Source of the DNA: Phoronis australis
Taxonomy: Eukaryota; Animalia; Phoronida
NCBI GenBank assembly: GCA_002633005.1
Contig: NMRA01000093.1
Span: 948,505-1,012,504 of the forward strand
DNA length: 64,000 nucleotides
Reading direction: 5' to 3'
In this document: positions 1-13,323 of the stretch, one piece after another
How positions within the stretch are numbered: the first letter of the stretch is position 1
Layout: each line of letters opens with the position of its first letter
Notes under the pieces: model-generated
Database searches by the model: none
Seen by the model: the letters and a program-made list of their open reading frames with translations, nothing else
What the model was told of the DNA's origin: nothing
Translations under genes and position numbers: made by a program

Positions 1-780
1 AAATGCAACCCCTCGCCTCTCTTTATTATAACGAAAACAATGGGTACACAAGCAGCAACATGTGACGACTTCACGGTTCACACATGGGAGGTGACCAACG
101 CCGTGATGGTATGTTTATAGTCTAATCAATATATATCAACCAAGAAATGCTAACGCCTTATTATCAAATTAACACATTGCCAAATTGTTTTCGGGTGTTC
201 TCGTTTGACAGTTGATAGACTGGTGGGGTTGTTTTGTTGCTTTGATGTGAACTTACACTTTAAAGAAAAAATCTTTACATCGGTTTTGCGATTGATAATA
301 AATAATATAAAAGTGGAAATTTTCAGTGAAAACCACCAAGCAGTGTTCGAGAGCTTGTGTCCCTAAATTCAAATTAAGTTGATTTCCTCAAGACGAGAAA
401 AAGCGGAAAACAGTCTCTCAGTTTCCATTAAATACTAGGTGAAAAAATGTTGTTGGTCAACATAACATATAGTGTAGATGCCTCAACCTTGTTCGTTATT
501 TTATTATTCAGCTGCAATATCAACAGAATAATTGTCACTGAAACTTTCAAACATCTTAGTCAGGTTTAGTGAGTCGAGTCAACCTAGGTGAAAGGCGGAG
601 CCAAGGTGCTAAGTACGTTCCCATTTTATTGTAGTACACAATATATGAAGCACGAGCCGGAGATATAAAGAAACAAACTACGAAATGGACAATAAAATCA
701 AGTCGTTGGTTAAAACGCGCATTGATCACGAGAACAAAACCGCGAAATTTCAAATTACCGATAAAATTGATGTACATTTA

Positions 781-903
781 TTTTGGGCAGGAATTAATCT
801 TTTTTTGGGCGCAGATTAATCTTTTTTGGGCGGGAATTAATCTGTTTGGGCGGGGATTAATCTTTTTTGGGCGGGGATTAATATTTTTGGGCGGGATTTA
901 TCT
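781..903. repeat. ~21-bp tandem minisatellite (TTTTTTGGGCGGGGATTAATC), ~6 copies
   Basis: Directly visible units; followed by a hairpin GTGTTCGTG-AG-CACGAACAC at 920-939. Confidence 0.9.
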
Positions 904-1849
904 TTTGTCACGACTTCCTGTGTTCGTGAGCACGAACACTCTTAAGTTTTCTTTATCCGAGACATCTTTGTATGTTTTTGTAAACTGTACAGTAATGTTC
1001 GGTGATTCAATATAAACTTTAATAAATAGTAAACAAATATCCACACGTGTGAGGTTGGTCTGGGAAATCGTGTTTTCGAACATTAACAGGTAAGATTCAA
1101 ATTTAAAATTAACTATTAATGGAGATAAAATACATGTACTCATCCACACTGATACTTTTTATTGCCAAAAGTGAAATGTAAAGCCCTACAGTTCCTTAAC
1201 GTTCGTTCTAAAAGCCAGGATTTTTGGATCGCACAAATCATTTACAAGATCCAGCAAAATCTTCTCTTTGTTGAGAAAAGAAACCATGTCCGCAGAGGCC
1301 GTTAGCTGAACAATTTACTGTTAATGTAACTTCCAAAAGCATCTCGTTCTTCGCATACATTATGGAATTACAAGTGACCATCTCTGCATTCTAAATGAAC
1401 GATACAGAAACTCAAGCTGTTTTGCCACAGAATAATGTCCACCTAGATGCCCTCAGTTCGGCATGTTCTTGATTTCAAATGTTAAAACGGAAGGGAGATG
1501 GAATTGACGATTTATGTCAAACTCCATCATTTAACACATATCGCAGTGACACGTACCTGCGCCCATGTCACTCATCGCCGCCTGTTCGATTGTTTCTCCA
1601 TGGCAACCTATCAATACCTGGTGAAAACAAATTAATGAAACATGCAACGTTAATTTTCAAGTGCACACGTCTTCATACCAGTTAAAATAGATACACAGTT
1701 CCACGAACTTTCCTAATTGAAGACTGTTAACACCTTTTGTCACAAAAAGCAAAACACTACCGAACTATGACACGTTGTCAGGGGTACATGATCGCAATTT
1801 TCGAAGGAAAGTTGCCAGCACAAATCCTAAAAACGACAACTTGACCCCC

Positions 1850-2165
1850 AACACGGTAACACCTGTAAATTTGGAGTATAGCACTGAGTGCAGTAGCGCC
1901 ATAAATGGTCAAATGTAACGACCTGTTAAGCATATTTGATTCATTTTGCCTACGTCAGCAGGAGAATTAATTCAAACGACTGCGAATAACACCTGACCCC
2001 TAATAAATATAACTGCTAAAGGACTTTTTGTTTGTGCTGGGATCTGGCGTTAACGGGCTTACATTTGCGTGATTGAACTCGCGTTTTCTTATTCTCCTAA
2101 GGCTTTGCTACGACTATCTGGTTAGCCCAATGCATCTAAAATAACAAAATTCCGTTGAAGTTAGC
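1850..2165 (+). repeat. Unclassified interspersed repeat, copy 1 (others ~9840-10232 on +, 63931-64000 on -)
   Basis: Shared CTATCTGGTTAGCCCAAT(G/A)CATCTA...AAAATTCCGTTGAAGTT block and shared upstream AAATGT(A/G)ACGA(C/A)CTGTTA block. Confidence 0.75.
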
Positions 2166-4086
2166 CTTTATTTCATTTATGGTTAAAATAATTTGAAAGA
2201 CCAGGTGTTAGTGATACGAAGCAGCAATGGAGTGACTGTATTACCAAGTGGCATTACTTAGCAATGTCATGAATAAGTTAAATGAGTTCACTAACATTTT
2301 AAGTCTGGTCTACACGCCACCTATTTACAACCCCTCTCTGCCAAAATATGAAAAGATTGGAGATTTATTTGTATTACTGAATTTTCAAAAACATTGAGAA
2401 ACGAGAGAGAGAATAACTGTAGACTTTATCCCAGAACAGAGCTTGACTGGACTTATATTTAACGATTAGATGCCCGATTTGAGCACTACAAAAATTATCG
2501 ATTTGAGTAATTCAAAAAGGCATTCAGTCTTGTTTTGAAAAGGACTCCATTTTTATGTATAACGTCCTATCTAAACTTTAATTTGCATACAACAAAAACT
2601 AAAAGATGTTTCATAAACTATGGCACAGATATCTGCCTTTGGAAAATACTTACTTCTGATGAGATTTAAATCATAGAATATGTTTAAGTATTTATTCAAT
2701 TGCAAAGGCTTAACAGATGAAGCTACCCATGTCTTAAACTAGCATTTTGTATTACTCTTTGACGTGAATTCTTTGTTTCTGTAGCTCTGTGATTAGTTTT
2801 GCCGAAAGATGAAAATTAAAATCAATGAATCATCTCACCTCAAGCAGTATTGCAGAGATGGACGAAATTGTCCAAAGCACTACGAAAGCCATATCTGCAG
2901 AGAAGCCTGTCTTGCGCTGGTTGTTTGTTTTTATTCAGTATTTATAGACTGTGTGACACGATGTAGGCGTGTCGTTTACTCACGCCAGACTAAAATAATC
3001 CTACTTTATTGGCGAAACATGGTAAACACATCGATGTGCAAGCAACTGTTGGGTGTGTTCTCTTTTTATGATAAGCACAAATGCTAATTGAAATCTATAA
3101 AAATCTGCCTAGATATATTATTGTGACTCTGCGTGAATGAGACATTTTGAAAAGGTTACAACTTTCCGGTGGCTTGTGCGCCATAGCGAAACTATGAAGG
3201 ATCATGCCGAATCACACATGTTTAGCTGTTGGCATAATAGAATAGGTGTTGAATGAAATTTGATATCCTTTGTATTATAAGCCTGTTTGTGGAATTATTA
3301 CAGTGCGTGAAAACTGTGAATTATGCTGGCAATAACAGTTGTCTGAGCGTTGACACATCTAAATACACGTTGAATGGAGAGGTGAAAATTTCACTTAATG
3401 ACCCCACGGTTGCACCGCATGACACAAAGCCTTGGAATTAGAAATCAAGTACATGTTACAATTACAAGAGTAAATGTGCAGTATCTTGTTCGAAATTTAA
3501 ATTTTCTCTCAGTGACTTTCGACCTACATGTATAGGTCGGATTGGATTGCGTGATTGCTTAGTTAATAATTTGATTAGCATCTTCGCTTACATAAGTGCG
3601 CTGAAAATGAAAAGAATCTCTTAAAATGTAGGATTAATAATAATTTGAAAATTACATGACCTTTGCACCAATTGACCCTTTGCCGTATTCCTTACTCTTG
3701 AAGTGAACACATAATTGCAGGACAGTTGCTTCAAGAGCTCCCAGGTCATCTGTTGACAACAAAATGGCCTCAATTCCTACATGTATGTATTACTAAACGT
3801 ATTTTATGGTAACGTAATTGATGAAACTGACCCGATGGTAATTATCTTATTCCTTCTGAAACTTTGGAGTCGAAGCTCCTGAGACTTTTCTGGAGAAACT
3901 CCACGGACACTGCCTTTAGTAGAGCCATATACATGTGTATGATACATGATGTACTGCATGTGAACAATCATGTTAAAAGACATTTTAATTGTTTTGTTAT
4001 TCGTTTATTCCGTGATGATAATATAATATAATAATATGTTTATTTGTATTAAAAGCCTCTGGCCCAAAGTACAATAAACAAAACAA

Positions 4087-7000
4087 TTAATCAGGCACAT
4101 TGGCACAAGCAGTCAACCCATTTAAGAGTTGTTCTCGACTTTTAAGTGCAAAATACACATATCTAACAGCAGATACATGTATATCTGGATTAGCGAGCAG
4201 GCGTATACAGGATTCTTGAGTTGGATGCCTCCATTGAACTTCCTTCATAAAACGTGACCTAAGTTCGCAATATCCCTTGCAAACCAACAGGAACTGGTAT
4301 TCATCCTCTACAAGATCATCATTGCAAGCCATACATAATCTATTGTAATAAACCACTTTCTCGTGTCTACCTACTTCCACTTGTAGTCTGTGGTTGGAGC
4401 AACGTAAACGAGTAAACGCTTGAATAAGACTATTGTGTAGAGGTAATTTAAGATATGGTTCCAAACAATACAGAGTCTTAAAGTTACAGTAGAATAAAAG
4501 TTTTGCATTATGCTCAATTTCTGATCGCCACCCTTGTTCATAACAGTCATTAACTCTTTGCGCGAAGAAACTTAAAAACGAGACTTCGCGCGTGACACCT
4601 TGATTCTACCAAAGTTCATATAAACCGTATTTTGACAGCAATTGTCTAACAGAAGATACACAAGTATTTCTTCCATTCCTATCTAAATCAGGTGGCTTTT
4701 TCAATAACTTTAGCCAATATTTTACACACGCTACATAATACTTTGCATATAGCGGATAAATTACGAATTCACCCAATACAGCTGCGTTTGAGCAAGAGTT
4801 TCCAACTCCAAGAGCAATTTTACAGAATTTAACATAACCATTATCAAGCCATTCGTATTCTTTGAATCCCCAGATTTCCGCGCCGTAGCAGATAGCTGGT
4901 ACAGCAATTCTATCAGCTCAAGTGATAGGCTCAATGGTAATTCCGTGCACCGGTTTCTAATTTTAGAGATGGACATAGCAGCTTTACTACCTTGACGTGC
5001 CAGAGTTTTAGTGGCTTTGGACCAAACTAATCTAAGTGTGAAGAATATTCCAAGATATTTATATTGGGAAACAACCTCCACTACTTGGTTTCTATGATAC
5101 CACTTCTCATACGCTCTGAGTGGCCCGCTTTTTCTAAACCAACGATCTTAGTTTTTTTCAGATTTACACTCATGCCCAAGAAGAGCAATATGCAAAAGGC
5201 AATTTAACATTCTTTGCAAATTAATTTGAGTGCTCGAACACAGAACCATATCATCAGCATACAACAGCGATTTGACGTGCGGAGCCTCTTCATTGATATA
5301 AATCTCTCTAATATTTTGGGCATTATCTAGGACTTCGATAAATTCGTTCAGGTACATGATAAACAATAGTGGGATTATCATACACCCTTGTCTGGTGCCG
5401 ACAGAACAGTCAAAAAGTCGGTTAACCCTTCTCTGGTCCTTATGCCTGAACGTAATTTGCTGTACATGGATTTCAAGACTTTAAGTATGTTACCGTGGAC
5501 ACCATTTTTTGTAATCTATACCAGAGTAGCATGTGGGGAACTCTGGCAAACGCCTTCGAAAAGTCGACAAAAGCACAACAAAAACCACCCACGGGCTTAG
5601 TGGTATATTTTTGGCACATGGCCTGAAGCGTACACATTTGGTCCTGAGTGCAATAGCCCTTGCAGAATCCCGCCTGTGATTCACGAAGTTCGTCATTTGC
5701 CTCAGCCCAGGTCCTAAGCCGGTTGTTCAAAAGTTTGGTGAATAGCTTTCCTACTGCTGACAACAATGAGATACCTCTATAATTGTTCTCATCTTCAGTG
5801 TTACCCAGTTTATATATAGGAACAGTTATTGCGTCACACCAGCCCTGTGGGTAGTGACCTGTAGCGAAAATTCCATTGAAAAGCAGCTCCAATGCAGGAA
5901 AAATAGCTTCCCTCGTACTCTTCAACATCTCAAACACAACATGATCAATGCCGGCTGCTTTGCCGTTTGGAAGATCCATTATAGCACAGTCAATATCCTC
6001 ACATGAGAAACAAGTGTTCATATCACTGGGTAAATTTTTGTCACAAGCATCACACTAATTGTCATGATTTTCCTGTTGTCTTACTACCGTATTTGACATA
6101 GCGTCGCTCAGTTCCATTCGTTCATTGAGCAACAAATTAAAATACATGTACCACCCTTTTGGATTTATCGCAGTTTCCTTCGGACTACTATTAAATTTTG
6201 ATTTTACCAAAGCCCAGAATTGCTTTGGATTATGTCTACTATCCAAAATATTTTTTGCAACTTCGATTGATGCTCTTTTTCTTTTTCTTTGTATAGCATG
6301 CTAAATTGTTTCATATTTTCTTTGTATACTGCCAACCTTACAGGGGAGGAGTCTCCGAAAAATATTCAAAGAGTGATTTTTTATTTTTTTCGCAGTATGT
6401 AATTCTTTGTCCCACCTAGGGGGTTGTTTGCTCTTCCTTTTAGCATAAGTACGTTTATTTTTAAACATTGCCATCGATGAAGCAGTTTGTTTATACAGAT
6501 TTGTGATACCATCTGTTGCACTTTCTATGTCGCCACGAGCAATCTGTTCAACTATTCGATCTAGACTTTCTGATAGGCAATTTGAGAACACTTCATGGAA
6601 TTCTGCTACTCGGCCACTATCCCACTCCAGTCGAGTGTTTGATTGCGATGCTGATTGGCTAACGCTACAACGACTGTCATACAAGGCACACAATTACCAG
6701 CAACATTACAAAAAATAGGAAAATGGTCAGACTCGTCAAATGTGTCTACACTAAAATCTGAAATATGTTGAAAGAGACTTGTCGATACTATCAAATAGTC
6801 TAGAGTGCACAACCACCTGAAGCGTGACATGTAAACTCGCCATGTTTATCACTCTGACTCCTACCGTTAACTATATGCATGTTTAAGTCACAACAGAATT
6901 CAACTAAAGTTGTGCCAAAATTATTTACAGTTTCATCCTTAGACTGCCTGGGCAAACAAAATGTGTCACTATCGTACCAATCTTGGCACGGTAAGAAATC

Positions 7001-7505
7001 TGCACTGTCATCTATAATATAGTTTTGCAAGTTACCAACTCTAGCATTTAGGTAACCCATGGCAACAAAATGACAATCGCAACACTTCTGAAGCAAATTC
7101 AACAACTCTTGTCCAAGCAGGGTACCCCATTTTTCTCTGCGGAGTTTTCATACACTGGCGACCCTTCTGGGGCTACATAAATAAAACAAATAATAACATC
7201 GTTGTCCGTCTTAAACAACCTTTGTCGCCCTTTATGACTACACCGTGAATATGATCAACCTTCAAACGTCTAAAATATTTTCCTAATTCATGTTTGATAA
7301 ATACACTCACTCCTCCGGAGTTTCTTCCAAATTTTGTTCTCTTTATGTTTTGCACATCAAAATTTACATAGCCTGGGACACTAAACTGGTTTGGTTTATT
7401 TGCCCATGTTTCACTGACTACTACCTTATGGTACCTAGATATAAAGTCCAGAACCTCAGATTGTCCAATCTTTTTGGCGAGACCATATGCGTTCCAGCTC
7501 ATCAA
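4087..7505 (-). pseudogene. LINE ORF2 (AP endonuclease, reverse transcriptase, C-terminal Cys-rich domain), broken by frameshifts and stops
   Basis: SWNAYG, VSETW, GYLNAR, SDHFPI (APE); GKAAGID, NYRGISLL, QAGF, AFVDF, LLYADD, YKYLG (RT); RLCMAC..VEDEYQFLLVC; spread over about 10 ORF fragments. Confidence 0.92.
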
Positions 7506-7602
7506 GGATATGCCGTTTGCATACAGGGGTGAGCCTTGGCCTCCATCTTATCTGTTGCATTCAAACACTCTCTTGTTGCCGTCGTCGTAGATATAAGTTT
7601 TC

Positions 7603-8205
7603 CTATCGTGAAATGAGTTTGTTAAACCGTATGCTTGCATTTTCCATGTCGTTTTCTTTCAAGAATTTATACACTTCCTTTCTGGCATTGCGCACTCTAA
7701 CTGAAAAATCTTCGGTAATGTGGGTGGCTGGGTTTTGTAGGTTGTTGCGTTTCTTCAAAATGTCAGTCTTGTCTTTAGAAGACACCTTAGCAATGATAGG
7801 ACGGGTCTTTCCACTTATTTTCTTTCCCAGTCTTTGTGCCCTCTCGACGTGGATATCGATACCTAAATGATCTTTGGCAAGATTTACTACGAGCGCTTCA
7901 GACATTTTCCACGATTCATTGTTTTCTTCTTTCAAGCCATGGACGATTACATTATCACGCCTGGACCGATTTTCTAGGTCATCATTTTTCGCGCTCAGAT
8001 CTTTAATAAACGTTTTCAATTTTTCGATCTCTCTTTTCGTATCTTCATATTCTGTTCTGAGTTTGTTGAATTCTTTTTCCACATTATCGAATTGATTGTT
8101 TAATGATTCCAAGAGGTCTTTGTTTGAGATATCTTGATTGGGGCTCATATAATCAGCAGTGGAGCTGCGAGTATTTGCGTGGCCCCTGTCTTTTCTTCTT
8201 GGCAT
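7603..8205 (-). CDS. LINE ORF1p: coiled coil plus L1/Transposase_22-type RRM
   Basis: DDLENRSRRDNVIVHGLKEE...IHVERAQRLG...RPIIAK...ITEDFS motif series typical of L1-like ORF1p. Confidence 0.85.
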   Translation of the reverse strand: MPRRKDRGHANTRSSTADYMSPNQDISNKDLLESLNNQFDNVEKEFNKLRTEYEDTKREIEKLKTFIKDLSAKNDDLENRSRRDNVIVHGLKEENNESWKMSEALVVNLAKDHLGIDIHVERAQRLGKKISGKTRPIIAKVSSKDKTDILKKRNNLQNPATHITEDFSVRVRNARKEVYKFLKENDMENASIRFNKLISR

Positions 8206-9839
8206 TGTAATGGTCGATTACGTAACAACAATGGAGAGAGGAGGGATAGGCGTCCTAGCAAATACAGTTTTGTCCTGTAGACTATGGGATGCCCATAAAA
8301 CTTAAAATTATGATAATTCCTCTGTCTCTATGTCTTAATACAGCTGCGCACAAATTCCTGAGGCTTGGTTGTCCGTAAATTCCGAGATATCTGATATACA
8401 TGTATTATGAGGAGCAGATAAATCGGTAAATAAAACAACAACAATGGATCAAATGAAATTTGAGGAGCACAATCACTGAGTGGCATGCCTATGTAGCAGC
8501 GTGATGATAACTGTGTTACCAATCACAATATCAATTTTAATTAAAAGATACACTTATGCTATTTTCTTTTAGTGTTTTAGTGTTGATAACGTGTGTGATT
8601 CAAGTCCCTCAAAAATTAAGTGCTAAGCCGTTGCCACACTCATGGACAAAAACTTGCCACAAATTTTCAGGGATCCTATAACGCATTAACAAAAGACTCG
8701 AAAGCAAGCACTAAAGTATGTGGTGCCACAACGGTTGCACTCACCCGAAAATCAACGTCAACCCCGGTCCTCTCATCAGAAATACGTCTCCCATTTTCCA
8801 TAATAATCCTCGTTTAGCAATTTGGCAATTAAGGAGGCGGAAGGCAAAAAATGACTTGTACATTACAGAAAATTGCCACTACTTATTTGGATTCTTTCCA
8901 AAAATGTGGCCAAATTTGTTTCCTTAAAAAACCTATTGATCGACTTTATGAAAATGTATTGATGAACTCTGAAAAGACAACAAGCGCAAAAAATACCACA
9001 AGGCGGTACAGAGTTTTTCGGACAGGTCCAAAATTCGTTGGCATGCGTCGTCATCAACCTACAACGGGTTTGCAAGACTCCTTCAAAAAGTTATGAAAAA
9101 GCTCCTTCAAAACGTAAAAGAGATAGCGACGGATGTAAACAATTTCCAGACTGATCCGAGTACCTTGAAATTATATCAATTACTAAAGGCTGCCGAGAAG
9201 GAAATTCCTTGTTTTTGTCATTTGTTCTACCCGTCACCAAGGTTGCAGCTAAGGTCGCTAGCCTGTACTATGTGTGAGCTAGTAAATTATATAAAATCAT
9301 GGGTGACATTTCCAGGTTTACTACATCTAGAAAATACATACCTTTAATTACATCTAGTTATATTATGTTTTGCAGATATTTGGATTAATACACGGTTTTC
9401 ACGACAGCGTGCCACACATCCCGACGTGCACTCTGTTTCTTGAAATTAGCCCACCTTTTCGGTATCACGTGACGTTTTTGAAAGGTCGTTTTCCGAATAT
9501 ACGATCGTAAACCCATTTTCTGAAACTTAAGGTCCTTAAAAACAATGCAATGCAGGGAAACTACAATAGTTAGCTATTTACTTATATTAACACATTTAGC
9601 AACCACAAAAAACAACAGCAAAAGAAGAAAAAGTGCAGAAAATAGATATTGTAGGAACTAAACAACAGAAACTAGGTGACAATTAATGAGTATAAGAACA
9701 AGCCAGACAATAAACCGTAGTAGGGTCCAATATCTTAAAAAAATAATTTGAGAAGACACAAAGACTACGAGTGTTGATTTTTTCCTGTCACACCACTATG
9801 ACAATGCCTGTTGGTTAACAAGGTACATGTATTTTGAAA

Positions 9840-10232
9840 AAATGTAAATTTGGTCCCTCCAGTATGTTAAGAGCATCGCTCTGAGCCCACCAGTGCCATA
9901 AATTGCCAAATGTGACGAACTGTTAGGCGTATTGCTTTGGGTCACCGCGAGAGTCACATTTCAATTCAAACAGCTGCGAATAACACATGCACGCAACGGT
10001 GTTCTTTCTATTCAGACCCTTGTCTAATACAAGTGTTTTCGGTCCTCGTTTGTTTGTGCTGGGATCTCGCGGTGACGTAACATGGCACGAAAAAGGCAGC
10101 TTCACCTACATGTATCATTTGACGTGCTTTTATTTGCGTGTTTAAACTCACGTTTTCTTATTATACAACGACTTTGCTGGGATTATCTGGTTAGCCCAAT
10201 ACATCTATAATAAAAAATCCGTTGAAGTTAGG
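9840..10232 (+). repeat. Unclassified interspersed repeat, copy 2
   Basis: Homologous to 1850-2165. Confidence 0.7.
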
Positions 10233-10551
10233 CTTTAAAACATTTCCAAATCTGCTATTTTTAATGAAGCGAAAAGATAAATTACGACGGAAGTTGATCC
10301 TGTCGACGACAAAACGTGTAATTAATCACAGGTCTTGTATTCCTGTAACATTAACAAGGTTTGATGAAAATACTAACACAAAATATGAAGGAAGTAAATT
10401 ATTTTTAAACTTGTGATAGCATTGGAAGCAATTCAGCATGGATACATCATCAAGAAGTAAGGCATTTCTTCGGGAGCTAAAAGTGAGTTTGTGACAAAAA
10501 TATTATGGCATCTTATAGTGCGTTGCTCATAAATAGCCAATTTTAGCTTAA

Positions 10552-12823
10552 AGAGTTCCCACAATGACCCTGTGTCTCAAAAAGGAAATTTATTATTACA
10601 TCTTAACAGATTTAATAGCCTTTAGTACACCTGTTGCTACGAAACAATCTAAATTTTTATATTTTTCTGTTCATGCTATGACCATTCCTACTAAATAAAA
10701 TTGGTTCTAACCCCAGTGGTTAAGGAAAACGGCGGGGTATGGAAAATTGAACTAGACCGTATTTATCCACCTTGGCTGAGTCGCGCTCGGCTCACGATCA
10801 AAGGGATGCCGCCAAGCTGCTCTAGTCATCGAGTCACGAGCGAGGATAATTGGCTTCGCTCATGCGGATATGATCAGCTGATTACAATCTAGCTAGCAGA
10901 CTGTACTTTTTATGGAGAGAGTTTTACGAAGTTTTTACTGTAATATTTGAAAAGAGGAGCGAAAACAAATATGAGTACAACTTTGAATTTTTCAAATCGG
11001 CCCAGAATAAGAGATTTTGCAACACAACAACACTCACNNNNNNNNNNNNNNNNNNNNNNNNNNNNNNNNNNNNNNNNNNNNNNNNNNNNNNNNNNNNNNN
11101 NNNNNNNNNNNNNNNNNNNNNNNNNNNNNNNNNNNNNNNNNNNNNNNNNNNNNNNNNNNNNNNNNNNNNNNNNNNNNNNNNNNNNNNNNNNNNNNNNNNN
11201 NNNNNNNNNNNNNNNNNNNNNNNNNNNNNNNNNNNNNNNNNNNNNNNNNNNNNNNNNNNNNNNNNNNNNNNNNNNNNNNNNNNNNNNNNNNNNNNNNNNN
11301 NNNNNNNNNNNNNNNNNNNNNNNNNNNNNNNNNNNNNNNNNNNNNNNNNNNNNNNNNNNNNNNNNNNNNNNNNNNNNNNNNNNNNNNNNNNNNNNNNNNN
11401 NNNNNNNNNNNNNNNNNNNNNNNNNNNNNNNNNNNNNNNNNNNNNNNNNNNNNNNNNNNNNNNNNNNNNNNNNNNNNNNNNNNNNNNNNNNNNNNNNNNN
11501 NNNNNNNNNNNNNNNNNNNNNNNNNNNNNNNNNNNNNNNNNNNNNNNNNNNNNNNNNNNNNNNNNNNNNNNNNNNNNNNNNNNNNNNNNNNNNNNNNNNN
11601 NNNNNNNNNNNNNNNNNNNNNNNNNNNNNNNNNNNNNNNNNNNNNNNNNNNNNNNNNNNNNNNNNNNNNNNNNNNNNNNNNNNNNNNNNNNNNNNNNNNN
11701 NNNNNNNNNNNNNNNNNNNNNNNNNNNNNNNNNNNNNNNNNNNNNNNNNNNNNNNNNNNNNNNNNNNNNNNNNNNNNNNNNNNNNNNNNNNNNNNNNNNN
11801 NNNNNNNNNNNNNNNNNNNNNNNNNNNNNNNNNNNNNNNNNNNNNNNNNNNNNNNNNNNNNNNNNNNNNNNNNNNNNNNNNNNNNNNNNNNNNNNNNNNN
11901 NNNNNNNNNNNNNNNNNNNNNNNNNNNNNNNNNNNNNNNNNNNNNNNNNNNNNNNNNNNNNNNNNNNNNNNNNNNNNNNNNNCCACTTTTTTCAGTGCTG
12001 CGCCACCCATGATTGTGCGCCGAACAAGAGTGTGGAGTGTCAATGTGGAGCATGAGATTCAGTTTGGCGTAAGCCACACTTTGATCGACACATTTCAAAG
12101 AATCGTGTTTCGACCACACACATACACTGTAAGCGGCGTTACAATGAAGGACTTGGCACCAAGTAAGTGCAAATTTTTTAAACAACAAGCAAACTGCTTC
12201 CATTCTAGGGCGAGTGATGCCAGGCCCTGGACCCCGGCCCAGATTGAGTGCTACTACAAGTAGGCTTATGCATATTGTGTTTAGACTGTGCTTATTCCAC
12301 CACTGCAATAGTGAATACGAGTAACCCAGGTTGGCTGTGGCCTTTGTCAGTAATTATTAAGTGTCTATTTTGTGAGTAGTGACCACCACTTGGTAGAGTT
12401 GGTTGTGGCTCACATGTGTCATTTCTCGTGCAAGTGGGTCGAGTTCATACGGCATGAAACCCGACGAAAGTTCGCTCAATGGGAAATCGAATTCATTTTC
12501 TGATTCTTTAAGTACTTGAGTATAAGTGCCCGTATCCACTCTCCTGTCGGTCTGCATAATAATTGTCCAATTCTCGCCTAATATTGTCATTGTCTTCTGA
12601 CCTGCAGTGTTCCGACATTGCAAATGATAGTCAAGCGGCCAACCGTCTTCCATCCATTGCATCATTTGGCGGGAAAATTAGAAATAAGTATTTTTTTCTT
12701 CAAAATTAAAAAAGTTGCCAATATTTTGCATAAAAAGTGCCTATTTAGCAAGATTTTATGGTATTCGATTCATATTAGCTAACTGAAACCTGAAAAAGAA
12801 AGAAAATGCATGGTGGTAACTCT
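10552..12823. mobile_element. TTAA-flanked Kolobok-like DNA transposon remnant spanning the gap
   Basis: TTAA|AGAGTTCCCACAATG ... CATGGTGGTAACTCT|TTAA (15-bp TIR, 2 mismatches); minus-strand FMPYELDP fragment resembles the PY(x)FEP-type start seen in Kolobok accessory ORFs. Confidence 0.55.
11038..11982. other. Assembly gap (945 N)
   Basis: Run of N; ORFs spanning it are artefacts. Confidence 1.
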
Positions 12824-12915
12824 TTAAGTCGAATTCTATTGGTTTCGCACATGAGCATTGTAATCACGTGCTCAAAATTAGCGGCATTTTATTTTTGACT
12901 CGGGCTTTGATGAAC

Positions 12916-13323
12916 CATAGGCTATAGACCATGGACCGCCAACTCCGTATGTTTTCAATGGACGAAATCTGAGATCTTACGGTGACGTAACAATTCACTA
13001 GTGACACCAAGCAGACATAGCACGTTTTGCTTCCGGCAAGTACGTTGTATGCAAATTATGGTTGGCTGTTTTGTGGTCGGATGCATGACCAGTAGAATTG
13101 CCAAAAGTACTCACGATACCATGAGTTCTACTATTGGAAGACTGGACAGCGTTTCATTGCCTGCATTATTTTTCCTTGTACTGGACATAAGAATAGATGC
13201 AAGAATTTCCCGTCACAATACACTAACCGGAAGCTGACTTTAATATGTTTAGAGGGTGGAGCCTCCTCTAGAATATCACGCAAGGAAATGTTGGAGTTGC
13301 GAATCTGTTGTCTATAATCTATG
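12916..13323 (+). mobile_element. P-element-like non-autonomous element with a THAP N-terminal remnant
   Basis: CATAGGCTATAGAC...GTCTATAATCTATG TIR (12/14); degenerate 7-bp TSD GATGAAC/GTTAAAC; internal MVGCFVVGC (THAP C-x4-C start). Confidence 0.6.

Larger units (their letters stand above)
4022..8499 (-). mobile_element. Full-length non-LTR retrotransposon (LINE; RTEX/CR1-group-like), degenerate
   Basis: ORF1 plus fragmented APE-RT ORF2; 3' AATAAAC followed by a (TATTA)n-like tail; identical 11-bp TSD CGTGATGATAA at 4011-4021 and 8500-8510. Confidence 0.92.

Noticed and set aside
3253-3441. 62-aa ORF with a signal-like N-terminus
   Set aside because: No splice partners or domain; expected by chance in AT-rich DNA.
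8620-9347. Cluster of short ORFs, possible decayed transposon gene
   Set aside because: No motif I can recognise; needs a translated search.
10910-12308. Four long ORFs (331-438 aa)
   Set aside because: They are open only because of the N gap.
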